Below, in pieces: positions 18,335 to 26,511 of a stretch of DNA of 64,000 bases (position 1 is the stretch's first letter; every line of letters starts with the position of its first letter). The position numbers and the translations under genes were made by a program. The notes beneath the pieces are model-generated. The model was not told where the DNA came from. It searched no databases and saw nothing but the letters and a program-made list of their open reading frames with translations. The stretch spans positions 32,971 through 96,970 of the forward strand of contig WRBW01000001.1 of assembly GCA_009784345.1 (NCBI GenBank), given 5' to 3'. The stretch comes from Coriobacteriia bacterium (GTDB taxonomy: Bacteria > Actinomycetota > Coriobacteriia > WRKU01 > WQUG01).

Positions 18335-19634
18335 GAGGCTCTGGTGCTTTGAGCTTCACGACACGCATGCGGGCGATGCGGCGGCGCCGCATCGTGATGA
18401 CCGTAAAACGATAGCCCTCGTATTCGACGTATTCGCCCACATGGGGAATATGCCCCAGCTGTTCCAGCAACCAACCGGCAATCGTTTCATACTCATCAGA
18501 GACCTCAAGCGGCAGGCCTTCTTCGATGGCATCTTCGATGTCGCAGGTGCCGTTTACCAGCCAGGTGCTGTCGTCGGTCTGCACAATTGATTCCATTTCC
18601 TGGTCAGTCTCATCGATGATCTCACCTGTGACTTCTTCCAGGATGTCTTCCATGCTGACAAGCCCAGCCGTACCGCCGTATTCGTCAACAACGATGACTA
18701 TCTGGATGCGCGATTCCTGCATCTCTGTCAGGGTTGACATGAGGTCTTTTGTTTCGGGCACGAAGACGGGTTCACGCAAATAATCAGTGATCGGCTGGTC
18801 ATACTCCCCATCTGCCAAAGGCATGACAAGGTCTTTCAGAATCAGGATGCCGATGATGCGGTCGTAGTCTTCTTCGTAGACGGGCACGCGCGAAAAGCCG
18901 CGGGCGTAGAGGCGTTTGGCCGCCTCCCCTACGGTCTCACTGCCCTGGGCAAAAACGATGTCAACGCGCGGCACCATGACTTCGCGCACGACGGTGTCTG
19001 AAAGCTCGAATATTTCGCTGATCATCGACTTTTCTTCATCTGACAGGTGCTGTTGCTCGTCAACAATCAGTTTGATTTCTTCTTCGCTGACTTGAGCTGC
19101 GGTGACGTCCTTGCGAATACCAATGAGCTTGCCCAGCAGGTCAGTCGAGGCCGAAAGCAGCTTGACAACAGGGCCCATGAGGGTCGAAACAAAAATCACC
19201 ACAAGCGCCGTGTGGCTGGCAATGCTGTCAGCGCGCTGCAGACCGAGCTGCTTTGGGATGAGCTCGCCTATGACGAGGGTGAAGTAGGACATGATGATGG
19301 TGACGAGGAAAATCGACACAAAGGATGCCACGGGGGTCAAAAAGCCAATGCCCAGCGACAGAATCCATGAGGTCAGGGGGTATTCAAAGGTAAAGGCCGT
19401 CAAAGCTGCTGCAAAGACACCAATGAGCGTCATAATGACCTGGGTTGTCGCAAGCAGGCGCGTGGGGTCATCTTTAAGCTTCAGTGCCGCAGACGCGCCT
19501 TTCGAGCCGTCAGCTTCGCGCTGTTGCAGGGCGGACTTACGCGCAGATATGACGGCAAGCTCGACCATGGCGAAAAAGCCGTTGACCAGAATCAAAACGA
19601 AGATGAAAAGGACATACCACAGATAAGTAATCAT
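18312..19634 (-). CDS. CNNM/CorC-HlyC family transporter (DUF21 + CBS pair + CorC_HlyC)
   Basis: N-terminal DUF21 TM region MITYLWYVLFIFVLILVNGFFAMVELAVISARKS, a CBS pair and a C-terminal transporter-associated domain; 440 aa. Confidence 0.8.
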   Translation of the reverse strand: MITYLWYVLFIFVLILVNGFFAMVELAVISARKSALQQREADGSKGASAALKLKDDPTRLLATTQVIMTLIGVFAAALTAFTFEYPLTSWILSLGIGFLTPVASFVSIFLVTIIMSYFTLVIGELIPKQLGLQRADSIASHTALVVIFVSTLMGPVVKLLSASTDLLGKLIGIRKDVTAAQVSEEEIKLIVDEQQHLSDEEKSMISEIFELSDTVVREVMVPRVDIVFAQGSETVGEAAKRLYARGFSRVPVYEEDYDRIIGILILKDLVMPLADGEYDQPITDYLREPVFVPETKDLMSTLTEMQESRIQIVIVVDEYGGTAGLVSMEDILEEVTGEIIDETDQEMESIVQTDDSTWLVNGTCDIEDAIEEGLPLEVSDEYETIAGWLLEQLGHIPHVGEYVEYEGYRFTVITMRRRRIARMRVVKLKAPEPLDPENVA

Positions 19635-19638
19635 GATG

Positions 19639-20670
19639 CTATGTTATCTCTTCTGGTTCCTGCTGCAGGTCAAATCCAAACTTTTCTTTCACAGCTGTTG
19701 CTATTTGCGCCCGTGCACGACTTAAGTTCGCATACGAACCGGCAGATTCATTAATCAAGATGAGTGCCGCCTTGTCGCTGACACGCATACCGTGGAGGAG
19801 TGCGCCCTTGAGTCCCGCTTGCTCGATAAGCCAGCCACTGGGGATTTCCCAACGACTACCAATCAAGAAAATCGGGATGCCCTCGAAGCGCTGCCTCAGA
19901 GCCGGGATATCTGCTTCGTCAACGGTGATGTTTTTGAAAAAAGAACCGGCGCTGGGTGTGGTGCGCGGGTCAGGAAGCTTGTTGTCGCGAATGTCGCGCA
20001 CTGCTGCGCGAATGGTCGCGGCCCGACGGTCGCTTTTGCCGTGGGCGACGAGGTATTCATGCAGAGAACCATAGAGTTCACCTGCGATTTCTGAGCGGTT
20101 CAGTCGAATGTGTGCTGCGGTGATGAAGTAGCGTCCGCGAGCAGAATCAGGTCCTGCGCTGTTAAATATCGAATGGCGATAACACAGGTTCATGTCGTCT
20201 ACGGGAATATGGACGTACTCCCCCGCATTAATGTCATAGGCGTCCACGCCCACCAGGACCTGGGACATTTCCTGTCCGTAGGCGCCGGCGTTTTGCATGA
20301 CGGCTCCGCCGACCGTGCCAGGAACGGCGGCAAGCGCCTCGATGCCATACCAGTCGTCGTTGACGGCATAGTCGACCAGGGCGTTGAGAGAGGTTCCCGT
20401 GGCGACGCGCACAAGGAGCTCATCTGCCGTCTGCGACTTGATCTCGATGCCGGTCAGAAGGTTGTGCAGCACGACGCCTTCGTATGCTTCGTCGCGGCCA
20501 ATCACATTGCTGCCGTCGCCGAGGATGTAGGAGGGCAGGTTGTGGGCGCTGACGAAATCATAGGCAGGGCCCAGGTCGTCTTCGTTTTCGATTTCGATGA
20601 GATAGCGCGCAGCGGCTCCCAAGCGCATGGTGGTAAGCTGCGAGATTAGAACGTGTTCTCGAATTTTCAT
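19639..20670 (-). CDS. murB: UDP-N-acetylenolpyruvoylglucosamine reductase
   Basis: FAD-binding N-terminal domain (ILGDGSNV...), AAVPGTVGGAVMQNAGAYGQE and the MurB C-terminal domain; 343 aa. Confidence 0.85.
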   Translation of the reverse strand: MKIREHVLISQLTTMRLGAAARYLIEIENEDDLGPAYDFVSAHNLPSYILGDGSNVIGRDEAYEGVVLHNLLTGIEIKSQTADELLVRVATGTSLNALVDYAVNDDWYGIEALAAVPGTVGGAVMQNAGAYGQEMSQVLVGVDAYDINAGEYVHIPVDDMNLCYRHSIFNSAGPDSARGRYFITAAHIRLNRSEIAGELYGSLHEYLVAHGKSDRRAATIRAAVRDIRDNKLPDPRTTPSAGSFFKNITVDEADIPALRQRFEGIPIFLIGSRWEIPSGWLIEQAGLKGALLHGMRVSDKAALILINESAGSYANLSRARAQIATAVKEKFGFDLQQEPEEIT

Positions 20671-20699
20671 AGTGCTATTTTAGCAGGATTTAGCGGGGG

Positions 20700-21566
20700 C
20701 TACCCTTCTTCAACGCGTACTGACACTTTTGCCAGATAGTCGACGGGGTTGCGCAGGCAAATCTCGTCGTGGAGGTATTCCGTGTAGACCGGACCTGTGG
20801 GCTTGAGCTTGTGCTGTGTGGCGTAGTCTGCCAGTTCCTGGTGGATGTTTGCCAGCTGGCCGTAGAAGCCGCGCACGTAGCCAACGAGGTAGGTGCCTTC
20901 GGGGCTGACGCGGTTGCCGCGCGGATCGATGGAGATGAAGTTATCAGGGCCGCCTGGCATTTTCAAGAAGCTGTCAAAGCGGTCGTGGCGCCCGGCGATG
21001 GGCAGACTGAGCTTAATGCGCGAGCCGTCGGCCTTTGTGACAAATTCGATCAGAGAGTCGAAGAAGTCGCCGCTTTCCGTAAAGTGATTGCGCGGACCGA
21101 GGATGTAACCTATCCCGCCCCCTTCGAGCAGCTGAATGGCCGTCTTGCTGGATTCTTTAGACTTGCGTTCTTCGTCGCTGAACTCGAGGTCGAATTCGCT
21201 TAAGACGCGCATGCCTTCTTCTATGAGGCGACGGCGCGTATGCAGGATGGTGAATTGTTCCTGAATGCGCAGAAGTTCGAGGCCCAGGCCGCGTTCGCGT
21301 TCGCTAATCAGTTCAATGATTTTTTCTGGGGTGCGCTGTTCTTCGATGTGAGCAATGGCCTTGAGCGGAACATTGAGATCGCTGAGGACGCCGATGAATT
21401 TCACCGCGATGATTTGTTCCGGTGAATAGTAGCGGTAATTATTAATGGGATCGCGCTTGCTGGGTGAAAACAGACCGATGTCATCCCAGTACCTCAGCGT
21501 CGTTTGTTCGATGCGAGAAAAGCGGGCAAATTCCTTAATAGAAAGGTTTTCTTTCAACTGAGACAA
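20700..21566 (-). CDS. MerR-family transcriptional regulator with C-terminal effector-binding (GyrI-like) domain
   Basis: MerR HTH LSIKEFARFSRIEQTTLRYWDDIGLFSP; 288 aa, of which about 180 aa form the C-terminal ligand-binding region. Confidence 0.7.
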   Translation of the reverse strand: MSQLKENLSIKEFARFSRIEQTTLRYWDDIGLFSPSKRDPINNYRYYSPEQIIAVKFIGVLSDLNVPLKAIAHIEEQRTPEKIIELISERERGLGLELLRIQEQFTILHTRRRLIEEGMRVLSEFDLEFSDEERKSKESSKTAIQLLEGGGIGYILGPRNHFTESGDFFDSLIEFVTKADGSRIKLSLPIAGRHDRFDSFLKMPGGPDNFISIDPRGNRVSPEGTYLVGYVRGFYGQLANIHQELADYATQHKLKPTGPVYTEYLHDEICLRNPVDYLAKVSVRVEEG

Positions 21567-22085
21567 AGCTCCTATCAGTGAATAAATTTTTATCTCCCGT
21601 CAAATCTATTCTACCCGAAACTAACCAGGCGCTTTGTTTAAGACTGTGGTGGCGTATGCGGCGGAAGAAAAATGCATTGAGAGCCCTGGAGGGACCGCCA
21701 AGTACTCGAGGGCTCTTAATGCTATAACTAACAGCGCTGCAGCGCTGGTAGTAATGAGGCGTGCTCAGCAGTTTGTGCGGTAACTCCTGAGCACTTAGTG
21801 AGGTATTCTCAAGCCTTGGGATCAAGGCTGTTGAGACTTCTTCATGGATACTATCTTGTGCCCTGTACCCACTAGAGGGTCAACACCTTTTTCAAAAATT
21901 ATTTTTAAGCTTGATTTTTATTCGTGCAGGAGAAAACTGTAGCAGATTATGCATACAAACCTTAAAGTTACCCCCAAGTTTTGCCAAAAAAAGCTGGGTG
22001 CGCAGGTGCGCTGGCATGGCAAGAGATGAGGCTTGTTTGCGTTTATTGGTGGAGATGGTGAGAGAAGTGGTAGTGAGAATGGTGA

Positions 22086-22162
22086 TGGTGGACCCGGGCT
22101 GACTCGAACAGCCGACCTCACGGTTATCAGCCGTGCGCTCTAACCAACTGAGCTACGGGTCC
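22086..22162 (-). tRNA. tRNA-Ile (anticodon GAT), CCA encoded
   Basis: Reverse complement GGACCCGTAGCTCAGTTGGTTAGAGCGCACGGCTGATAACCGTGAGGTCGGCTGTTCGAGTCAGCCCGGGTCCACCA. Anticodon loop CTGATAA. Confidence 0.9.
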
Positions 22163-22258
22163 GTTTGTTTTTCAAGCCTTAATACTCTATATGAAAACGA
22201 GCTGTAATGCAAGTATCATTCTTTCAGGTTTGGACGTACTCCCCCGCATTTATGCTAG

Positions 22259-24658
22259 CTAGTATTTGATGAGGCGAATCCAGATAAGCCAAATCACAAA
22301 GCTGATGGCGGTGATGGCAGCAAAGACGGGCAGGGTTGCTGCGGTCATGGTGCTTGCTAGTCCGACGTGGGGGCCGATGAAGTAGAGGCCGAGGAAGTAG
22401 CCGCCGAGGGTGAGGATGAGAATCGTCAGGTTGTGCAGATTGAGCGGCCAGCAGGCGCGCAGCACGTTGTAGAAGGTGATGATGCCGAGGCAGCAATACA
22501 TGAGGGTGATTGAGTCGATTTGGCTCCAGCCTTGTGCCTGTCCGTAGAAGTGTACAAAGACGAAACTAGCTGCAATCAGTACGGCATTCGGAAGGGAGCG
22601 CATGAGAGCTGTTTTGAGGAATTCTTTTTGCACGGGTGCGCGGTCCTTGCGGAAGGAGAAGTAGAAGGTGGGCCAGCCGATGGTTTGGTCGGCGAGGGTT
22701 ACTTGGATTGCCACGAAGGGAAAGAGGAAGAGGTTTCCTGCCAGCATGCTGACGGAGCTTGTCAGTACGATGAAGAGCGAATAGATAGTTTTGATGAAAA
22801 AGATGGACGCGCTGCGCAACATGTTGTTGACGACACGGCGAGCCTCGTAGAGGATTTCTGGGACGTCTGCAAAGTCAGACTTTAGCAAGACGAGGTTTGC
22901 GATTTGTTTGGTTGCGGCGTCGCCGGTGGCCATGGCGATTGAAAGGTTTGCTTCACGCATGGCTAGGATGTCGTTGACGCCGTCTCCGGTCATACCCACG
23001 GTATGCCCGCGCTGCCGCAGAGTCGAGACGATGAGCTTCTTTTGCTGGGGAGAAACACGGCCAAAAATCGCTGTTTCGTCGAGGACTGCAAGGAGCTGGT
23101 CATCTGAAAGGGTTGATGCATCGACGTAGCGGTCGTGCTGATCAAAGCCTGCCCGCTGCGCGATGATTGACACGGTCTTTGGGTTGTCACCCGAGATGAT
23201 TTTGAGGCTGACACCCTGTTCGCGCAGGTAGCCCAAGGTCTGGGGCGCACTTTCACGGATGGGGTCATCGAGCATGATGACGGCAAGGGGCGTCAGATCT
23301 GTGAGGGTCTCATCATCGATGCTGGGTAGCTGGTCACGGGTTCCGAGCAGGAGGACGCGGTAGCCTGCAAGCTGCATATCAGTGATGGCTGCAGGCAGGG
23401 GTTCATCGCGTGGTAGCAGCATCTCTGGTGCGCCGAGGACGAGCGTTGTGCCATGAGATGTGGCGAGCTGTGTTGCGAGTGGCGAAAAGTCGATGGCGCC
23501 CCACTTGCGATGGGACGAAAAGGGCACGGCAGGCAGCTGATGCTGGCTAGCCTCGACAGGATAGGCATCGCGCAGAGCGGTCATTGTCGAGTTCATGTCA
23601 GTAGCTGCTGCCAGGTAGGTGCGCAGGTCAGACTCCGCCTGCTGTTTTGCCTTTTCAGAAGATGTTGCAAGGATGCGCCCTTCGCTTATCTCGAGCGGCT
23701 GAATAGATGCCACGCGTATGACGCCTTCGGTGATGGTTCCGGTTTTGTCGAGGCAGAGGGTGTCGAGGTGCGCCATGGTTTCGATGGAGTACATTTCCTG
23801 GACCAGTACCTGGCGGCGGCCGAGCTTGACGACTCCGGTGACGAGGGTGACGGCGACCAGTACCACCATGCCGCGCGGGATCATGCCCAGCAGGCCGGCG
23901 GTGGTTGCGAGCACGGCCGTTTGGTAGTCAACGTGGGCGAGCACGAGGGCTTGAATCAGCAAGATGACGCCCAGGGGGAGTGCTATCCAGCTGACGAACT
24001 TCATGACGGTGCCCAGGGCCTTCATGAGGCCTGATTCGATGGGGCGGTATTGCTTTGCTTCTGCGGTGAGTTTCGTCGAATAGTTGTCTGCTCCGACGTG
24101 TTCGACGATGGCCATGACCTGGCCGCTTGCGATGAAGCTGCCTGAAAGCAGGTGGTCGTTGGTCTGTTTAATAAGGAGGTCAGATTCGCCGGTCAGTAGG
24201 GCCTCATTGACCTCTGCGTATCCGCTGATGACCTGTGAGTCTGTGGGGACTTGGTCGCCGGTGTTGAGCACGAGCAGGTCGTCGATGACGATGTCGCGAG
24301 GGGCGATTTTGTGCTGACTGCCGTCGCGGATGGCGATGACGGGGTCCGTGTTGAGCAGGGTGAGCTTGTCCACGATGCGGCGTGCACGGATTTCAACGAC
24401 GATACCGAGGGTGACGTTGAAGACCAGCAGCAGCATGAAGAGGGAGTTGATGATGGAGCCTACGGCAAGGACGGCGATGAAGATGATGAAGCTGGTGACG
24501 TTAAAGAGGGTGAAGGTGTTAGAGCGAATGATGTCCCAGTTAGTCTTTCCGGGATTTGCGACGTAGGAATTGTCGAGACCACGTTGCTGTCTCGACTGTA
24601 CTTCAGCGGTGGTGAGACCTGTTGAGCTGTTTGTGCTGTGCGTTTGCAAAGGCATCAT
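22259..24658 (-). CDS. cation-transporting P-type ATPase (P2/P3-type, Mg/Ca-like)
   Basis: DKTGTITEG phosphorylation motif, GDGVNDILAM, 10 TM. Start set at MMPLQTHS...; the first 42 codons of the ORF-track frame are probably not translated. Confidence 0.8.
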   Translation of the reverse strand: MMPLQTHSTNSSTGLTTAEVQSRQQRGLDNSYVANPGKTNWDIIRSNTFTLFNVTSFIIFIAVLAVGSIINSLFMLLLVFNVTLGIVVEIRARRIVDKLTLLNTDPVIAIRDGSQHKIAPRDIVIDDLLVLNTGDQVPTDSQVISGYAEVNEALLTGESDLLIKQTNDHLLSGSFIASGQVMAIVEHVGADNYSTKLTAEAKQYRPIESGLMKALGTVMKFVSWIALPLGVILLIQALVLAHVDYQTAVLATTAGLLGMIPRGMVVLVAVTLVTGVVKLGRRQVLVQEMYSIETMAHLDTLCLDKTGTITEGVIRVASIQPLEISEGRILATSSEKAKQQAESDLRTYLAAATDMNSTMTALRDAYPVEASQHQLPAVPFSSHRKWGAIDFSPLATQLATSHGTTLVLGAPEMLLPRDEPLPAAITDMQLAGYRVLLLGTRDQLPSIDDETLTDLTPLAVIMLDDPIRESAPQTLGYLREQGVSLKIISGDNPKTVSIIAQRAGFDQHDRYVDASTLSDDQLLAVLDETAIFGRVSPQQKKLIVSTLRQRGHTVGMTGDGVNDILAMREANLSIAMATGDAATKQIANLVLLKSDFADVPEILYEARRVVNNMLRSASIFFIKTIYSLFIVLTSSVSMLAGNLFLFPFVAIQVTLADQTIGWPTFYFSFRKDRAPVQKEFLKTALMRSLPNAVLIAASFVFVHFYGQAQGWSQIDSITLMYCCLGIITFYNVLRACWPLNLHNLTILILTLGGYFLGLYFIGPHVGLASTMTAATLPVFAAITAISFVIWLIWIRLIKY

Positions 24659-24766
24659 AGATGCTTGAAATTGTAACAAAGCGCGGTGTGGTGGCTGGTG
24701 AGCTTTGCCATTTGGTTGTTTTAAAAGGTTTCTGGAGACAGCTGGCAAATGGTCTTGAGGTGCGTG

Positions 24767-24828
24767 AAAAAGCCCTGTTGTCAAAGACGTCGCGTAGTAA
24801 CTACGTAAGTTTTTGACAACAGGGCTTT
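24767..24828 (-). terminator. rho-independent terminator of tRNA-Ala (15-bp perfect stem)
   Basis: AAAAGCCCTGTTGTCAAA..26 nt..TTTGACAACAGGGCTTT, 23 nt after the tRNA 3' end. On the minus strand the stem is followed by TTTTT. The inner loop holds a second palindrome, CGTAGTAACTACG. Confidence 0.75.
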
Positions 24829-24850
24829 AGTACGTGCATCAAGGCCATTT

Positions 24851-24926
24851 TGGTGGAGGCTAGGGGGATCGAACCCCTGACCTCTGGCTTGCAAAGCCAG
24901 CGCTCTCCCAGCTGAGCTAAGCCCCC
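24851..24926 (-). tRNA. tRNA-Ala (anticodon TGC), CCA encoded
   Basis: Reverse complement GGGGGCTTAGCTCAGCTGGGAGAGCGCTGGCTTTGCAAGCCAGAGGTCAGGGGTTCGATCCCCCTAGCCTCCACCA. The G3:U70 identity pair is present. Confidence 0.9.
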
Positions 24927-24980
24927 ACGGATAACAGCGACGTACTACTATACAGCATTTCAGAAAAAGGTCAAATTTTC

Positions 24981-26396
24981 TTACGACACCTCGCGAATAT
25001 GTGCCGATATTTCTCGCTCTCGACCATTCTCAGTCGGTGGTGGAATGGTAGTAACATAGCCCAGTACGAACAGAGCAATGGGGGCAAACACTGCTTGATC
25101 AAAAACAACTTCAAACAGCCCGAAGGATAAAAGCGCAATGGCAAGAAGCTTCGGAAAAAACGGAGCCATTTTTGACCGCGGTTTCCATAATAGCCAAACC
25201 AAGAACCATAGGTAGAGTGCAACTGCTACTGGACCTCCAGTTATCCACCTATTGAGAACTTCATTATGTGCATGTCCATTGCCGTCAAGCAAAAACCCTG
25301 ATGGTTGCCAGCTTCCTAAGGGTTCTGAGGCGATTCTTTCAAGAGCCTGAAACCACAAGTCTCCTCGCCCAGACGTAAACTCGTCTACGAATAGAAACAC
25401 CCTCTTTTCGTAACTCGTAAGCTGATCCAGTTGCACTTCATAATCTGACTTTGGTTGCTCTACATAAGAAGTGACACTCTCTTCTGGTATGCTCTCAGAA
25501 GAAGAGGGGATATTTCTAACTACATTATTTGATTGTACAAATACACCGACCCCCCCAATTAGCACAACAATTAAAGCGTTAACAATCAGGAAAGTCTTGT
25601 AGTTTATTTTGAACCAAGAAACCAATTCTCCTCTCTTTGCCAGAAGAATTATGAAGGCCATCAGAACTAAAGCAAAGGCAAAAAAAGCTGTACGCGTTCC
25701 TGTTAAAAAGCATAAGAATACACTCATGACTACTACAGCAGAGCGAAGAAGAACGAGCTTTTTGCTCGCCAGTGCCCAGCAAAATGCAATGAGGGCAGTA
25801 AAAGCATAAAGAGAAGGATAGTGAGCAAGTCCCTGTGCTCGGACGGGCTCAGCCTCATTCCATATGTAAACAGAATGAAGCGTTAGGCTGATGTCATTAA
25901 CACGACCAATCCATGCCCCAATAGGATTATGAAATCCACCCAAATGAAAATATTCGCCCAGCGCCAAAGTGAGCATGCCCCCCAAAGCCACAACAAGGGC
26001 AATTCCCAATTTCTTGTTTCCCAAAACAGATATTCTTGTTCCGATGTACCATGCACACAGTACTGATAACTGGGTCAAGAAAAAATTAATCCACCATCGT
26101 TGCAGCCCAATTGAGACATCGGCGACGGTCAATCCGTTGATTACTATATAGGAGACTACAACAAACAAAATATTAAAAGACAAAAATGCAATTAGTGGAA
26201 TATTGGTGCGAAACAGCTTGGTGACCTGCCTGAATAGTTCTCTTTCCTTGATGGCGTAAGCAACAAGAAGGCCTGCAATAAATACCACAAGGGGGGCAGC
26301 GAAAAAGAGTCGGGGTGCACCCGACAAAAAGAACAAATGTCTTTGCGGAATCACCATGAGCACAACAATGGAGACAAAGCTCAACAAGTAGAGCAA
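24981..26396 (-). CDS. O-antigen ligase / Wzy-type polysaccharide polymerase family membrane protein
   Basis: About 12 TM segments; Wzy_C-like segment LTGTRTAFFAFALVLMAFIIL; first gene of the low-GC block. Confidence 0.55.
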   Translation of the reverse strand: MLYLLSFVSIVVLMVIPQRHLFFLSGAPRLFFAAPLVVFIAGLLVAYAIKERELFRQVTKLFRTNIPLIAFLSFNILFVVVSYIVINGLTVADVSIGLQRWWINFFLTQLSVLCAWYIGTRISVLGNKKLGIALVVALGGMLTLALGEYFHLGGFHNPIGAWIGRVNDISLTLHSVYIWNEAEPVRAQGLAHYPSLYAFTALIAFCWALASKKLVLLRSAVVVMSVFLCFLTGTRTAFFAFALVLMAFIILLAKRGELVSWFKINYKTFLIVNALIVVLIGGVGVFVQSNNVVRNIPSSSESIPEESVTSYVEQPKSDYEVQLDQLTSYEKRVFLFVDEFTSGRGDLWFQALERIASEPLGSWQPSGFLLDGNGHAHNEVLNRWITGGPVAVALYLWFLVWLLWKPRSKMAPFFPKLLAIALLSFGLFEVVFDQAVFAPIALFVLGYVTTIPPPTENGREREISAHIREVS

Positions 26397-26511
26397 GCCT
26401 CTTATTTTATTATCGAGCTTATAATCCTGAATGAGTGTTTCCTAACCGAAATAGTCACGTGTCAGTCAGCTAGTATACTCGCAAGAAGGAGTTTACATCA
26501 AGCAAGTCGAA

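Noticed and set aside
22086-24926. tRNA-Ile plus tRNA-Ala as part of an rRNA operon
   Set aside because: No 16S, 23S or 5S sequence lies anywhere in the window. The tRNAs are 2.7 kb apart with a protein gene between them.
24927-25000. Integrase or prophage at the tRNA-Ala boundary of the low-GC island
   Set aside because: No integrase, recombinase or phage gene is present, and no direct repeat of the tRNA 3' end was found at the far edge. The island is called on composition and content only.
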